Assembly (NCBI RefSeq): GCF_044647545.1
Contig: NZ_CP172818.1
Source: Escherichia coli
GTDB taxonomy: Bacteria > Pseudomonadota > Gammaproteobacteria > Enterobacterales > Enterobacteriaceae
Length of the DNA stretch: 64,000 nucleotides
Strand: one strand, 5' to 3'
The translations under genes were made by a program, and so were the position numbers. Within the stretch, counting starts at the first letter, position 1; every line of letters starts with the position of its first letter. Shown in pieces: positions 36,259 through 49,434 of this stretch. A model generated the notes under the pieces. The model worked only from the letters and a program-made list of their open reading frames with translations. It made no database searches and was not told the DNA's origin.

Positions 36259-37674
36259 ATGGCAGGAAATAAACCCTTCAACAAACAGCAGGCTGAACCC
36301 CGCGAACGCGATCCACAAGTTGCCGGGCTGAAAGTGCCTCCGCACTCGATCGAAGCGGAGCAGTCGGTGTTGGGCGGTTTAATGCTGGATAACGAACGCT
36401 GGGACGATGTAGCCGAGCGTGTGGTGGCAGACGATTTTTACACCCGCCCACACCGTCATATCTTTACTGAAATGGCGCGTTTACAGGAAAGCGGTAGTCC
36501 TATCGATCTGATTACCCTTGCGGAATCGCTGGAACGCCAGGGGCAACTTGATAGCGTCGGTGGTTTCGCTTATCTGGCGGAGCTGTCAAAAAATACGCCA
36601 AGTGCGGCGAACATCAGTGCTTATGCTGACATCGTGCGTGAACGTGCCGTTGTTCGCGAGATGATTTCGGTTGCGAATGAGATTGCCGAAGCCGGTTTTG
36701 ATCCGCAGGGGCGTACCAGCGAAGATCTGCTGGACCTGGCTGAATCCCGCGTCTTTAAAATTGCCGAAAGTCGTGCAAACAAAGACGAAGGGCCGAAGAA
36801 CATCGCCGATGTGCTCGACGCCACGGTGGCGCGTATTGAGCAGTTGTTTCAGCAGCCACACGATGGCGTTACCGGGGTAAACACCGGTTATGACGATCTC
36901 AACAAAAAAACCGCTGGCTTGCAGCCGTCGGATTTGATCATCGTCGCCGCGCGTCCGTCGATGGGTAAAACAACATTTGCGATGAACCTCGTTGAAAACG
37001 CGGCGATGTTGCAGGATAAACCAGTACTTATCTTCTCACTGGAGATGCCATCAGAACAGATTATGATGCGTTCTTTGGCGTCGCTGTCGCGCGTTGACCA
37101 GACTAAAATCCGTACCGGGCAGCTCGATGATGAAGACTGGGCACGTATTTCCGGCACCATGGGTATTTTGCTCGAAAAACGTAATATCTATATCGATGAT
37201 TCCTCCGGCCTGACGCCAACGGAAGTGCGTTCCCGCGCGCGCCGTATTGCCCGTGAACACGGCGGCATCGGGCTTATCATGATCGACTACCTGCAACTGA
37301 TGCGCGTACCGGCGCTTTCCGATAACCGTACGCTGGAAATTGCAGAAATCTCCCGCTCGCTGAAAGCACTGGCGAAAGAACTGAACGTGCCGGTGGTGGC
37401 GCTGTCCCAGTTGAACCGTTCTCTGGAACAACGTGCCGACAAACGCCCGGTCAACTCCGACCTGCGTGAATCTGGCTCTATCGAGCAGGATGCGGACTTG
37501 ATCATGTTTATCTATCGTGATGAGGTGTATCACGAAAACAGTGATTTAAAAGGCATCGCGGAAATTATTATCGGTAAACAACGTAACGGCCCAATCGGGA
37601 CGGTACGCCTGACCTTTAACGGTCAATGGTCGCGCTTCGACAACTATGCGGGGCCGCAGTACGACGACGAATAA
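36259..37674 (+). CDS. dnaB: Replicative DNA helicase DnaB
   Basis: 471-aa ORF MAGNKPFNKQQAEPRERDPQVAGLKVPPHSIEAEQSVLGGLMLDNERWDDV... Confidence 0.98.
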   Translation: MAGNKPFNKQQAEPRERDPQVAGLKVPPHSIEAEQSVLGGLMLDNERWDDVAERVVADDFYTRPHRHIFTEMARLQESGSPIDLITLAESLERQGQLDSVGGFAYLAELSKNTPSAANISAYADIVRERAVVREMISVANEIAEAGFDPQGRTSEDLLDLAESRVFKIAESRANKDEGPKNIADVLDATVARIEQLFQQPHDGVTGVNTGYDDLNKKTAGLQPSDLIIVAARPSMGKTTFAMNLVENAAMLQDKPVLIFSLEMPSEQIMMRSLASLSRVDQTKIRTGQLDDEDWARISGTMGILLEKRNIYIDDSSGLTPTEVRSRARRIAREHGGIGLIMIDYLQLMRVPALSDNRTLEIAEISRSLKALAKELNVPVVALSQLNRSLEQRADKRPVNSDLRESGSIEQDADLIMFIYRDEVYHENSDLKGIAEIIIGKQRNGPIGTVRLTFNGQWSRFDNYAGPQYDDE

Positions 37675-37726
37675 TAATTATTTTATGAATTAGGTAATTA
37701 AAGCAAACACTTATCAAGGAACACAA

Positions 37727-38806
37727 ATGCAAGCGGCAACTGTTGTGATTAACCGCCGCGCTCTGCGACACAACCTGCAACGTCTTCGTGAACTGGCACC
37801 TGCCAGTAAAATGGTTGCGGTGGTGAAAGCGAACGCTTATGGTCACGGTCTTCTTGAGACCGCGCGAACGCTCCCCGATGCTGACGCCTTTGGCGTAGCC
37901 CGTCTCGAAGAAGCTCTGCGACTGCGTGCGGGGGGAATCACCAAACCTGTACTGTTACTCGAAGGCTTTTTTGATGCCAGAGATCTGCCGACGATTTCTG
38001 CGCAACATTTTCATACCGCCGTGCATAACGAAGAACAGCTGGCTGCGCTGGAAGAGGCTAGCCTGGACGAGCCGGTTACCGTCTGGATGAAACTCGATAC
38101 CGGTATGCACCGTCTGGGCGTAAGGCCGGAACAGGCTGAGGCGTTTTATCATCGCCTGACCCAGTGTAAAAACGTTCGTCAGCCGGTGAATATCGTCAGC
38201 CATTTTGCGCGCGCGGATGAACCAAAATGCGGCGCAACCGAGAAACAACTCGCTATCTTTAATACCTTTTGCGAAGGCAAACCAGGTCAACGTTCCATTG
38301 CCGCATCGGGTGGCATTCTGCTGTGGCCACAGTCGCATTTTGACTGGGTGCGCCCGGGCATCATTCTTTACGGCGTCTCGCCGCTGGAAGATCGTTCCAC
38401 CGGTGCCGATTTTGGCTGTCAGCCAGTGATGTCACTAACCTCCAGCCTGATTGCCGTGCGTGAGCACAAAGCCGGAGAGCCTGTCGGTTATGGTGGAACC
38501 TGGGTAAGCGAACGTGATACCCGCCTGGGCGTAGTCGCGATGGGTTATGGCGATGGTTATCCGCGCGCCGCGCCGTCCGGTACGCCAGTGCTGGTGAACG
38601 GTCGCGAAGTGCCGATTGTCGGGCGAGTCGCGATGGATATGATCTGCGTCGACTTAGGTCCACAGGCGCAGGATAAAGCCGGGGACCCGGTCATTTTATG
38701 GGGCGAAGGTTTGCCCGTAGAACGTATCGCTGAAATGACGAAAGTAAGCGCTTACGAACTTATCACGCGCCTGACTTCAAGGGTCGCGATGAAATACGTG
38801 GATTAA
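37727..38806 (+). CDS. alr: Alanine racemase (biosynthetic)
   Basis: 359-aa [44 protein letters not shown]... Confidence 0.97.
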
Positions 38807-38827
38807 TCGTTCTGTAATATTTGATTG

Positions 38828-38866
38828 TCTGTGCCGGATGCGGCGTGAATGCCTTATCCGGCCAAT
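38828..38866. repeat. REP-like palindromic unit downstream of alr
   Basis: tgccggatgcggcgtgaatgccttatccggcc. Confidence 0.8.
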
Positions 38867-39058
38867 AAAATCCTACCAATTCAATAAGTTGATTTTCTTT
38901 CATGCTCTTATGAAGGTCGTGCCTCTGGCGGATGTACGTTTGTCATGAGTCTCACTCTGTTGCTAATTGCCGTTCGCCCCTGAACATCCACTCGATCTTC
39001 GCCTTCTTCCGGTTTATTGTGTTTTAACCACCTGCCCGTAAACCTGGAGAACCATTGC

Positions 39059-40252
39059 GTGTTTCAAAAAGTTGACGCCTACGCTGGCGACCCGATTCTT
39101 ACGCTTATGGAGCGTTTTAAAGAAGACCCTCGCAGCGACAAAGTGAATTTAAGTATCGGTCTGTACTACAACGAAGACGGAATTATTCCACAACTGAAAG
39201 CCGTGGCGGATGCGGAAGCGCGCCTGAATGCGCAGCCTCATGGCGCTTCGCTTTATTTACCGATGGAAGGGCTTAACAGCTATCGCCATGCCATTGCGCC
39301 GCTGCTGTTTGGTGCCGACCATCCGGTACTGCAACAACAGCGCGTAGCAACCATTCAAACCCTTGGCGGCTCCGGGGCATTGAAAGTGGGCGCGGATTTC
39401 CTGAAACGCTACTTCCCGGAATCAGGCGTCTGGGTCAGCGATCCTACATGGGAAAACCACGTAGCAATATTCGCCGGGGCTGGATTCGAAGTAAGTACTT
39501 ACCCCTGGTATGACGAAGCGACTAACGGCGTGCGCTTTAATGACCTGTTGGCGACGCTGAAAACATTACCTGCCCGCAGTATTGTGTTGCTGCATCCATG
39601 TTGCCACAACCCAACGGGTGCTGATCTCACTAATGACCAATGGGATGCGGTGATTGAAATTCTCAAAGCCCGCGAGCTTATCCCATTTCTTGATATTGCC
39701 TATCAAGGATTTGGTGCTGGTATGGAAGAGGATGCCTACGCCATTCGCGCCATTGCCAGCGCTGGATTACCCGCTCTGGTGAGCAATTCATTCTCGAAAA
39801 TTTTCTCCCTTTACGGCGAGCGCGTCGGCGGACTTTCTGTTCTGTGTGAAGATGCCGAAGCCGCAGACCGCGTACTGGGGCAATTGAAAGCAACAGTTCG
39901 CCGCAACTACTCCAGCCCGCCGAATTTTGGTGCGCAGGTGGTGGCTGCAGTGCTGAATGACGAGGCATTGAAAGCCAGCTGGCTGGCGGAAGTAGAAGAG
40001 ATGCGTACTCGCATTCTGGCAATGCGTCAGGAACTGGTGAAGGTATTAAGCACAGAGATGCCAGAACGCAATTTCGATTATCTGCTTAATCAGCGCGGCA
40101 TGTTCAGTTATACCGGTTTAAGTGCCGCTCAGGTTGACCGACTACGTGAGGAGTTTGGTGTTTATCTCATCGCCAGCGGTCGCATGTGTGTCGCCGGGTT
40201 AAATACGGCAAATGTACAACGTGTAGCAAAGGCGTTTGCTGCGGTAATGTAA
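39059..40252 (+). CDS. tyrB: Aromatic-amino-acid aminotransferase
   Basis: ORF 39017-40252; GTG at 39059 gives (M)[40 protein letters not shown]... (397 aa). Confidence 0.95.
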   Translation: MFQKVDAYAGDPILTLMERFKEDPRSDKVNLSIGLYYNEDGIIPQLKAVADAEARLNAQPHGASLYLPMEGLNSYRHAIAPLLFGADHPVLQQQRVATIQTLGGSGALKVGADFLKRYFPESGVWVSDPTWENHVAIFAGAGFEVSTYPWYDEATNGVRFNDLLATLKTLPARSIVLLHPCCHNPTGADLTNDQWDAVIEILKARELIPFLDIAYQGFGAGMEEDAYAIRAIASAGLPALVSNSFSKIFSLYGERVGGLSVLCEDAEAADRVLGQLKATVRRNYSSPPNFGAQVVAAVLNDEALKASWLAEVEEMRTRILAMRQELVKVLSTEMPERNFDYLLNQRGMFSYTGLSAAQVDRLREEFGVYLIASGRMCVAGLNTANVQRVAKAFAAVM

Positions 40253-40474
40253 TGCAGGAAAGCAGGCTGGAGTTACCCAGCCTGCAGTGAAATTAAACTG
40301 TCGTCGTTTTCACTCTTTCTTTGTAGATGATTTTTTTGATGCCATCGTTTTACGTGAGGGATAATAAAAGGTTGTCAGTTCTTTTATTGTTAAGTTTATC
40401 CCAATTATCTGGAATTTCTTTCCCTGTTTTTTCGTGTGGAGTAATAATTTCTGCACATCTAACCATTATTAAAT

Positions 40475-41017
40475 TTAATAATAAGTATCGGGTTTGTTAC
40501 GATAGAATATTTCTATATCCTCAAGAATATGCTTTGCCTTATTGCCTGTGACTTTCTGAGATTCAATTATAGTATCGTTAAATTCTAATGTTAAAGAGAA
40601 CTCTTTTTTTCCGCTTTGTGTAAGTTTAACCTTATATTGATTACCAATATCAAATAAAAAGGTCCTGTAATGAGAATAATCACCTTTAACCTCCTCGGCA
40701 AAACAGCAAAGTGTGCAAATATACATACAATCTTTCTTGCCTCTGATTTTGTTAACTAAATCAATAAATGCATGAAAAACTGTACTTGCAATAGAACTTG
40801 ATACTTCTTCTCCAGGTCTACAAAAATCTTTTGCAATTTTTAACTGTGTTTCTATATATAAAAAGAAATCTTTGGCATAAGAAAAATCTTTGGAATAAGA
40901 GATATCTTTATTATTTAGTGCATCTAGCTCAACAGGTAAAGATGTCATTTTGTTGCTATTCACATATGATATATTCATATCATCATCTCCTTCGAGAGTA
41001 ATAAAATTAGTCACCAT
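40475..41017 (-). CDS. Hypothetical protein, AT-rich ORF between tyrB and aphA
   Basis: 180-aa ORF MVTNFITLEGDDDMNISYVNSNKMTSLPVELDALNNK...; AT-rich; no recognisable motif by eye. Confidence 0.5.
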   Translation of the reverse strand: MVTNFITLEGDDDMNISYVNSNKMTSLPVELDALNNKDISYSKDFSYAKDFFLYIETQLKIAKDFCRPGEEVSSSIASTVFHAFIDLVNKIRGKKDCMYICTLCCFAEEVKGDYSHYRTFLFDIGNQYKVKLTQSGKKEFSLTLEFNDTIIESQKVTGNKAKHILEDIEIFYRNKPDTYY

Positions 41018-41189
41018 TGTAGGGTAGGGTTCTGGTCAACCAGAAATCATCTTTATAAACTTCGATTGTTTTTGTAATGCTGTATCATTAAGTTCATTAA
41101 ATCGTACAGCAGATAAATGTTCTATCAAATTTCGCTCATTTGCAGAGGATTCATCATAATAAACGTAAAATTAATGTATCCTTCATTGA

Positions 41190-42092
<903 letters not shown>

Positions 42093-42202
42093 CAGAGCGG
42101 GAGAGCGTGACACTCTCCCGAATGCTGTTTTTTTAATCACACCTTTATCCTTTCTCTGTCTTGCTGCAAACTGATTAAGAGAGTTTTATCAAGGAGCAGC
42201 AC

Positions 42203-42619
42203 ATGTGGTATCAAAAGACGCTCACGCTTAGCGCCAAATCTCGTGGGTTTCATCTGGTAACGGATGAAATTCTGAATCAGCTGGCTGATATGCCGCGCGT
42301 TAACATCGGTTTACTGCATCTGTTGCTGCAACATACCTCCGCCTCTCTGACACTTAATGAGAACTGCGATCCCACCGTACGCCACGACATGGAGCGTTTT
42401 TTCCTCCGCACCGTTCCCGACAACGGAAATTATGAGCATGACTATGAGGGAGCAGACGATATGCCTTCTCATATCAAATCCTCAATGCTGGGAACATCGC
42501 TTGTATTGCCGGTGCATAAAGGGCGTATTCAGACCGGCACCTGGCAAGGCATCTGGCTGGGGGAACATCGCATCCACGGCGGATCGCGTCGCATTATCGC
42601 GACACTACAAGGGGAGTAA
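42203..42619 (+). CDS. yjbQ: UPF0047-family protein YjbQ
   Basis: 138-aa [57 protein letters not shown]... Confidence 0.88.
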
Positions 42620-42622
42620 AAA

Positions 42623-42979
42623 ATGACCATTTCGGAGTTGCTACAATATTGCATGGCAAAACCAGGCGCAGAACAGAGCGTGCATAACGACTGGAAAGCG
42701 ACGCAGATCAAAGTGGAAGATGTACTGTTTGCGATGGTGAAAGAAGTAGAAAATCGCCCGGCGGTTTCGCTGAAAACCAGCCCGGAGCTGGCGGAGCTGC
42801 TACGTCAGCAGCACAGCGATGTGCGTCCAAGCCGCCATCTGAATAAAGCGCACTGGAGCACCGTGTATCTCGACGGTTCGCTGCCGGATTCGCAAATCTA
42901 TTATCTGGTGGATGCGTCTTATCAGCAGGCGGTGAATTTGCTGCCGGAAGAAAAACGTAAATTGCTGGTGCAACTCTGA
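42623..42979 (+). CDS. yjbR: Conserved protein YjbR
   Basis: 118-aa ORF MTISELLQYCMAKPGAEQSVHNDWKATQIKVEDVLFAMVKEV... Confidence 0.85.
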   Translation: MTISELLQYCMAKPGAEQSVHNDWKATQIKVEDVLFAMVKEVENRPAVSLKTSPELAELLRQQHSDVRPSRHLNKAHWSTVYLDGSLPDSQIYYLVDASYQQAVNLLPEEKRKLLVQL

Positions 42980-43013
42980 AAGGAAAAGGCCGCTCAGAAA
43001 GCGGCCTTAACGA

Positions 43014-45836
43014 TTACAGCATCGGCTTGAGGAAGCGTGCCGTATGCGAAGCTTCGCACTCCGCGACGGTTTCTGGCGTTCCGGAGACGAGGATCTCGCC
43101 GCCGCCACTGCCGCCTTCCGGTCCCAGGTCGACAATCCAGTCAGCGGTTTTGATCACGTCGAGATTGTGTTCAATCACCACAATGGTATTGCCCTGATCG
43201 CGCAGTTTATGCAGTACGTCGAGCAGTTGCTGAATATCGGCGAAGTGCAGACCGGTGGTCGGCTCGTCGAGAATATACAGTGTCTGCCCGGTGCCGCGTT
43301 TTGACAGCTCACGCGCCAGCTTCACGCGCTGGGCTTCACCGCCTGAAAGGGTGGTTGCGGACTGCCCCAGGCGAATGTACGTCAGGCCAACGTCCATCAA
43401 CGTTTGCAGCTTACGCGCCAGTGCAGGTACGGCATCAAAGAACTCACGCGCCTCTTCGATGGTCATATCCAGCACTTCGTGGATGGTTTTGCCTTTGTAC
43501 TTAATTTCCAGCGTTTCACGGTTATAGCGTTTACCTTTACACTGGTCGCACGGTACGTAAATGTCCGGCAGGAAGTGCATCTCCACTTTGATCACGCCGT
43601 CGCCCTGACAGGCTTCGCAGCGTCCGCCACGGACGTTAAAGCTGAAACGTCCCGGCGTATAGCCGCGCGCACGGGATTCCGGTACGCCCGCAAACAGTTC
43701 GCGCACAGGCGTAAACACGCCGGTATAGGTCGCTGGGTTAGAACGCGGAGTACGACCAATTGGGCTTTGGTCGATATCGATCACTTTATCGAAATGCTCC
43801 AGTCCCTGAATATCGCGATACGGTGCCGGTTCGGCGATGGTCGCACCATTCAACTGGCGTTGGGCAATCGGGAACAGTGTGTCGTTAATCAGTGTCGATT
43901 TACCGGAACCTGAAACCCCTGTGATGCAGGTAAACAGACCGACTGGCAGCGTTAGCGTCACGTCTTTCAGGTTATTACCGCGTGCACCCGTCAGCTTCAG
44001 CACTTTTTCCGGATTCGCCGGAACGCGTTTCTTCGGCACTTCAATCTTGCGTTTACCGCTCATGTACTGTCCGGTCAACGACTCCGGCACCGCCATAATC
44101 GCTTCCAGTGGACCTTCCGCGACCACTTCACCGCCGTGAACACCCGCACCAGGACCGATATCGATCACATGGTCAGCCGCGCGAATCGCGTCTTCGTCGT
44201 GCTCCACCACAATCACGGTATTACCGAGATCGCGCAGATGGATAAGCGTACCCAACAGGCGCTCGTTATCGCGCTGGTGCAGGCCGATAGACGGCTCATC
44301 CAGCACGTACATAACGCCAACCAGGCCCGCACCAATCTGGCTCGCCAGACGAATACGCTGGGCTTCACCGCCAGAAAGCGTTTCTGCCGAGCGGGAAAGC
44401 GTCAGGTAATTCAGGCCGACGTTAACGAGGAATTTCAAACGATCGCCGATCTCTTTAAGAATTTTTTCCGCAATCTTCGCCCGCTGACCTGCGAGTTTGA
44501 GATTGTTGAAGAATTCCATCGCATGACCAATGCTCATGTCGGAAATGGCGGGCAGCGGCGTATTCTCGACATACACGTGGCGCGCTTCCCGACGCAGACG
44601 CGTCCCTTCGCAGCTGGCGCACGGGCGATTGCTGATGAACTTGGCTAATTCTTCGCGTACCGCGCTGGACTCCGTCTCTTTATAACGGCGCTCCATATTG
44701 TGCAGCACGCCTTCAAACGGATGACGACGAATGGAGGTATCGCCACGATCGTTCATGTATTTGAATTCAATGTTTTCTTTGCCAGAACCGTACAACACCA
44801 CTTTATGCACGTTCGCGCTCAGGCTGCCCCACGGCGCTTCGACGTCGAACTTATAGTGATCTGCCAGCGATTTCAGCATCTGGAAATAATAGAAGTTGCG
44901 GCGATCCCAGCCACGGATCGCACCGCCAGCCAGCGACAGTTCCGGATTCTGGATCACGCGGTCAGGATCGAAATATTGCTGTACGCCAAGGCCGTCGCAG
45001 GTCGGGCAGGCCCCCGCCGGGTTGTTAAACGAAAACAGTCGCGGCTCCAGCTCGCGCATACTGTAACCGCAAATTGGGCAGGCGAAGTTGGCGGAGAACA
45101 GCAGCTCTTCCGCTTTCGGGTCGTCCATATCCGCCACTACCGCGGTACCACCGGAAAGCTCTAGCGCGGTTTCAAACGACTCGGCCAGACGTTGGGTAAG
45201 ATCGTCACGCACCTTGAAGCGATCAACCACCACTTCAATAGTGTGTTTCTTTTGCAGTTCCAGTTTCGGCGGATCGGAAAGATCGCAGACTTCGCCATCA
45301 ATACGAGCACGGATGTAACCTTGGCTTGCCAGGTTCTCCAGCGTTTTGGTGTGTTCGCCTTTGCGCTCTTTAATGATTGGCGCAAGCAGCATCAGACGCT
45401 TGCCTTCCGGCTGTGACAGCACGTTATCCACCATCTGGCTGACGGTTTGCGCCGCCAGCGGGACGTCGTGGTCCGGACAGCGCGGCTCGCCGACGCGGGC
45501 GAACAACAAACGCAAATAGTCGTGGATTTCGGTGATTGTCCCCACCGTAGAACGCGGGTTATGAGACGTTGATTTCTGCTCAATTGAGATGGCAGGAGAA
45601 AGCCCCTCAATATGATCGACGTCCGGCTTTTCCATCAGTGACAGAAACTGCCGCGCGTAGGCGGAAAGGGATTCAACGTAACGGCGCTGCCCTTCGGCAT
45701 ATAAGGTGTCGAAAGCGAGCGAGGATTTGCCAGAACCCGAAAGCCCGGTCACGACAATGAGCTTGTCGCGGGGGATAACGAGGTTGATGTTTTTGAGATT
45801 ATGGGTGCGGGCGCCCCGAACTTCGATCTTATCCAT
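43014..45836 (-). CDS. uvrA: Excinuclease ABC subunit A
   Basis: 940-aa [61 protein letters not shown]...; tandem ABC ATPase modules. Confidence 0.98.
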   Translation of the reverse strand: MDKIEVRGARTHNLKNINLVIPRDKLIVVTGLSGSGKSSLAFDTLYAEGQRRYVESLSAYARQFLSLMEKPDVDHIEGLSPAISIEQKSTSHNPRSTVGTITEIHDYLRLLFARVGEPRCPDHDVPLAAQTVSQMVDNVLSQPEGKRLMLLAPIIKERKGEHTKTLENLASQGYIRARIDGEVCDLSDPPKLELQKKHTIEVVVDRFKVRDDLTQRLAESFETALELSGGTAVVADMDDPKAEELLFSANFACPICGYSMRELEPRLFSFNNPAGACPTCDGLGVQQYFDPDRVIQNPELSLAGGAIRGWDRRNFYYFQMLKSLADHYKFDVEAPWGSLSANVHKVVLYGSGKENIEFKYMNDRGDTSIRRHPFEGVLHNMERRYKETESSAVREELAKFISNRPCASCEGTRLRREARHVYVENTPLPAISDMSIGHAMEFFNNLKLAGQRAKIAEKILKEIGDRLKFLVNVGLNYLTLSRSAETLSGGEAQRIRLASQIGAGLVGVMYVLDEPSIGLHQRDNERLLGTLIHLRDLGNTVIVVEHDEDAIRAADHVIDIGPGAGVHGGEVVAEGPLEAIMAVPESLTGQYMSGKRKIEVPKKRVPANPEKVLKLTGARGNNLKDVTLTLPVGLFTCITGVSGSGKSTLINDTLFPIAQRQLNGATIAEPAPYRDIQGLEHFDKVIDIDQSPIGRTPRSNPATYTGVFTPVRELFAGVPESRARGYTPGRFSFNVRGGRCEACQGDGVIKVEMHFLPDIYVPCDQCKGKRYNRETLEIKYKGKTIHEVLDMTIEEAREFFDAVPALARKLQTLMDVGLTYIRLGQSATTLSGGEAQRVKLARELSKRGTGQTLYILDEPTTGLHFADIQQLLDVLHKLRDQGNTIVVIEHNLDVIKTADWIVDLGPEGGSGGGEILVSGTPETVAECEASHTARFLKPML

Positions 45837-45920
45837 TCACCTTTCCCGGATTAAACGCTTTTTTGCCCGGTGGCATGGTGCTACCGGCGATCACAAACGG
45901 TTAATTATGACACAAATTGA

Positions 45921-45936
45921 CCTGAATGAATATACA
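45921..45936. promoter_or_regulatory. LexA (SOS) box in the divergent uvrA / ssb promoter region
   Basis: ctgaatgaatatacag = reverse complement CTGTATATTCATTCAG, fits CTGT-N8-ACAG. Confidence 0.9.
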
Positions 45937-46090
45937 GTATTGGAATGCATTACCCGGAGTGTTGTGTAACAATGTCTGGCCAGGTTTGTTTCCCGGAACC
46001 GAGGTCACAACATAGTAAAAGCGCTATTGGTAATGGTACAATCGCGCGTTTACACTTATTCAGAACGATTTTTTTTCAGGAGACACGAAC

Positions 46091-46627
46091 ATGGCCAGCA
46101 GAGGCGTAAACAAGGTTATTCTCGTTGGTAATCTGGGTCAGGACCCGGAAGTACGCTACATGCCAAATGGTGGCGCAGTTGCCAACATTACGCTGGCTAC
46201 TTCCGAATCCTGGCGTGACAAAGCGACCGGCGAGATGAAAGAGCAGACTGAATGGCACCGCGTTGTGCTGTTCGGCAAACTGGCAGAAGTAGCCAGCGAA
46301 TATCTGCGTAAAGGTTCTCAGGTTTATATCGAAGGTCAGCTGCGTACCCGCAAATGGACCGATCAATCCGGTCAGGATCGCTACACCACAGAAGTCGTGG
46401 TGAACGTTGGCGGCACCATGCAGATGCTGGGTGGTCGTCAGGGTGGTGGCGCTCCGGCAGGTGGCAATATCGGTGGTGGTCAGCCGCAGGGTGGTTGGGG
46501 TCAGCCTCAGCAGCCGCAGGGTGGCAATCAGTTCAGCGGCGGCGCGCAGTCTCGCCCGCAGCAGTCCGCTCCGGCAGCGCCGTCTAACGAGCCGCCGATG
46601 GACTTTGATGACGATATTCCGTTCTGA
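46091..46627 (+). CDS. ssb: Single-stranded DNA-binding protein
   Basis: 178-aa [70 protein letters not shown]... ending DFDDDIPF. Confidence 0.98.
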   Translation: MASRGVNKVILVGNLGQDPEVRYMPNGGAVANITLATSESWRDKATGEMKEQTEWHRVVLFGKLAEVASEYLRKGSQVYIEGQLRTRKWTDQSGQDRYTTEVVVNVGGTMQMLGGRQGGGAPAGGNIGGGQPQGGWGQPQQPQGGNQFSGGAQSRPQQSAPAAPSNEPPMDFDDDIPF

Positions 46628-46689
46628 TTTGTCGTTAAAACAATAGGTTATATTGTTTTAAGGTGGATGATTAAAGCATCTGCCAGCCA

Positions 46690-46719
46690 TAAAAAAGAAG
46701 CCTCCGTTTTGGAGGCTTC
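46690..46719 (-). terminator. Putative intrinsic terminator (reads as terminator for yjcB on the - strand)
   Basis: Stem gaagcctcc / ggaggcttc; on the - strand the hairpin is followed by a T-run. Confidence 0.6.
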
Positions 46720-46725
46720 TACATA

Positions 46726-47007
46726 TCAAGTCAAAATCATTGGCCATTGTGGCGGTGTCTGATTCATCTCTTCTATCATCACCGACTCGATGTTGTGCCA
46801 GATGGCGGTGATATCCGCCATTGTGATGCCAAGCAACCCCATTGCGAACCAGCAGGCAGAAACCACGCCCAGACCGCTGCTGATCACTGCAAGCCCGACA
46901 TAATCAGACCGACGAAAACGGATGTTGAGTGTGCTGGCCAGAAACATCATTACGGCACTAAGAAGTTGCCAGCGAAGAAGAACCACGCCAGTGGTGAGGG
47001 TAGCCAT
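46726..47007 (-). CDS. yjcB: Small inner-membrane protein YjcB
   Basis: ORF 46726-47106; internal start gives MATLTTGVVLLRWQLLSAVMMFLASTLNIRFRRSDYVGLAVISSG... (93 aa). Confidence 0.8.
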   Translation of the reverse strand: MATLTTGVVLLRWQLLSAVMMFLASTLNIRFRRSDYVGLAVISSGLGVVSACWFAMGLLGITMADITAIWHNIESVMIEEMNQTPPQWPMILT

Positions 47008-47436
47008 CAAACAATTCCTCTGAAAAGAGCCGATGCCTCGGACAGCGCGGCGTTGTTCACGGGAGGCGTGATACAATCTGGCTATCGCGGGGCTTGCAGA
47101 ACACAAAAAAGAAACACTCTGTTTGTTTCATTAATTTTGTGAACTATATCACAATTGATTGTTTGTTAGCCAGATTAGGCCGTGACTTTTATTGCCGTAC
47201 AGATTATGTGTTTTTTCAGCGGCATTAAGGGTATATCTTCCCACCGCCTCTGCATTCCTGTAGGAAATTAGTTTTGAATATCAATGAATTATTTTTATTC
47301 AGGTGACGATTAAAAAGGTATCAATTTCAAATCAGGCAAAAGTGCTATTTATACCGTAAGATTTATCTAAAGACGTCGATAACCAGGGTTCTCGCCTTGC
47401 AATGACCGGGTATAAACAGGCAGGAAATTGATAGCA

Positions 47437-49023
47437 ATGAGTCATCGTGCACGACACCAATTACTGGCGTTGCCGGGCATTATCTTTTTAGTTCTCTTTC
47501 CCATCATTCTGTCGCTATGGATTGCCTTCTTTTGGGCAAAATCAGAAGTGAATAATCAGCTCCGAACCTTTGCTCAGCTGGCGTTGGATAAATCTGAGCT
47601 GGTCATTCGTCAGGCAGATTTAGTGAGCGATGCAGCTGAACGCTATCAGGGGCAAGTTTGCACCCCAGCCCATCAAAAGCGAATGTTGAATATTATTCGT
47701 GGCTATCTTTATATTAATGAATTGATCTATGCCCGTGATAACCATTTTTTATGCTCATCGCTGATAGCGCCTGTAAACGGCTATACGATTGCACCGGCCG
47801 ATTATAAGCGTGAACCTAACGTTTCTATCTATTATTACCGCGATACGCCTTTTTTCTCTGGCTATAAAATGACCTATATGCAGCGGGGAAATTATGTGGC
47901 GGTCATCAACCCTCTCTTCTGGAGTGAAGTGATGTCTGATGATCCGACATTGCAATGGGGTGTATATGATACGGTAACGAAAACCTTTTTCTCGTTAAGC
48001 AACGAGGCCTCGGCAGCAACGTTTTCTCCACTGATTCATTTGAAGGATTTAACTGTACAAAGAAATGGCTATTTATATGCGACAGTTTATTCGACAAAAC
48101 GCCCAATTGCGGCCATTGTTGCGACTTCATATCAACGTCTTATAGCGCATTTTTATAATCATCTTATTTTTGCGTTACCCGCCGGTATTTTGGGGAGTCT
48201 TGTTCTGCTATTACTCTGGCTACGTATTCGACAAAACTATTTGTCTCCCAAACGCAAATTGCAACGCGCCCTCGAAAAACATCAACTTTGCCTTTATTAC
48301 CAGCCAATAATCAATATCAAAACAGAAAAATGTATCGGGGCTGAAGCATTGTTACGTTGGCCTGGTGAGCAGGGGCAAGTAATGAATCCGGCAGAGTTTA
48401 TTCCGCTGGCAGAAAAGGAGGGGATGATCGGACAGGTAACTGATTATGTTATTGATAATGTCTTCCGCGATCTGGGCGCATACCTGGCAACACATGCCGA
48501 TCGCTATGTTTCTATTAACCTGTCGGCCTCCGATTTTCATACGTCACGGTTGATAGCGCGAACCAATCAGAAAACAGAGCAATACGCGGTGCGTCCACAG
48601 CAAATTAAATTTGAAGTGACTGAACATGCATTTCTTGATGTCGACAAAATGACACCAATTATTCTGGCTTTCCGCCAGGCTGGTTACGAAGTGGCAATTG
48701 ATGATTTTGGTATTGGCTACTCTAACTTGCATAACCTTAAATCATTGAATGTCGATATTTTGAAAATCGATAAATCGTTTGTTGAGACGCTGACCACCCA
48801 TAAAACCAGTCATTTGATTGCGGAACACATCATCGAGCTGGCGCACAGTCTGGGGTTAAAAACGATCGCTGAAGGCGTCGAAACTGAGGAACAGGTTAAC
48901 TGGCTGCGCAAACGCGGCGTGCGCTATTGCCAGGGATGGTTCTTTGCGAAGGCGATGCCGCCGCAGGTGTTTATGCAATGGATGGAGCAATTACCCGCGC
49001 GGGAGTTAACGCGCGGGCAATAA
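47437..49023 (+). CDS. pdeC: c-di-GMP phosphodiesterase (CSS-motif sensor plus EAL domain)
   Basis: ORF 47428-49023 (TTG); ATG at 47437 gives [25 protein letters not shown]...; C-terminal EAL domain motifs (EALLRWP, KIDKSFV). Confidence 0.92.
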
Positions 49024-49025
49024 AA

Positions 49026-49349
49026 CTACAGGCGGTGGCGATAATCGCTTGGAGTGCGATCAAACTGCCGACGGAAAACGCGGGAGAAGGTCTGCTGCGA
49101 GACATAACCCAGGTCCATTGCGATATCAAAAATCGGACGCTCGGTGGTGCGCAACTCAACGGCGGCCAGCAACAGGCGGCGTTGGCGAATGTAATCACCA
49201 AGTGTCTGATGCGTCACCGTGCGGAACATCCGTTGCAGGTACCACTTTGAATAGCCTGATTTTTTTGCGACGACATCAATGTTAAGCGGCTGGTCAATAT
49301 GCTCGTCAATCCATGCGATAAGATCCTGAATAATTTTCTGATGGGACAT
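49026..49349 (-). CDS. soxS: AraC-family superoxide-response activator SoxS
   Basis: 107-aa ORF MSHQKIIQDLIAWIDEHIDQPLNIDVVAKKSGYSKWYLQRMFRTVTHQTLGDYIRQRRLLLAAVELRTTERPIFDIAMDLGYVSQQTFSRVFRRQFDRTPSDYRHRL. Confidence 0.98.
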   Translation of the reverse strand: MSHQKIIQDLIAWIDEHIDQPLNIDVVAKKSGYSKWYLQRMFRTVTHQTLGDYIRQRRLLLAAVELRTTERPIFDIAMDLGYVSQQTFSRVFRRQFDRTPSDYRHRL

Positions 49350-49405
49350 AAATCTGCCTCTTTTCAGTGTTCAGTTCGTTAATTCATCTGTTGGGGAGTA
49401 TAATT

Positions 49406-49423
49406 CCTCAAGTTAACTTGAGG
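49406..49423. promoter_or_regulatory. SoxR binding site within the soxS promoter
   Basis: Perfect 18-bp palindrome CCTCAAGTTAACTTGAGG between divergent soxS and soxR. Confidence 0.9.
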
Positions 49424-49434
49424 TAAAGCGATTT

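Noticed and set aside
37051-37533. 160-aa minus-strand ORF within dnaB
   Set aside because: Antisense shadow ORF of dnaB.
40263-40286. Perfect hairpin gcaggctgg-agtta-ccagcctgc after tyrB as an intrinsic terminator
   Set aside because: Not followed by a T-run on the + strand; may be a REP-like or structural element, so it was not called a terminator.
43044-45318. Multiple + strand ORFs (up to 170 aa) within uvrA
   Set aside because: All antisense to uvrA; typical spurious frames in a long GC-rich gene.
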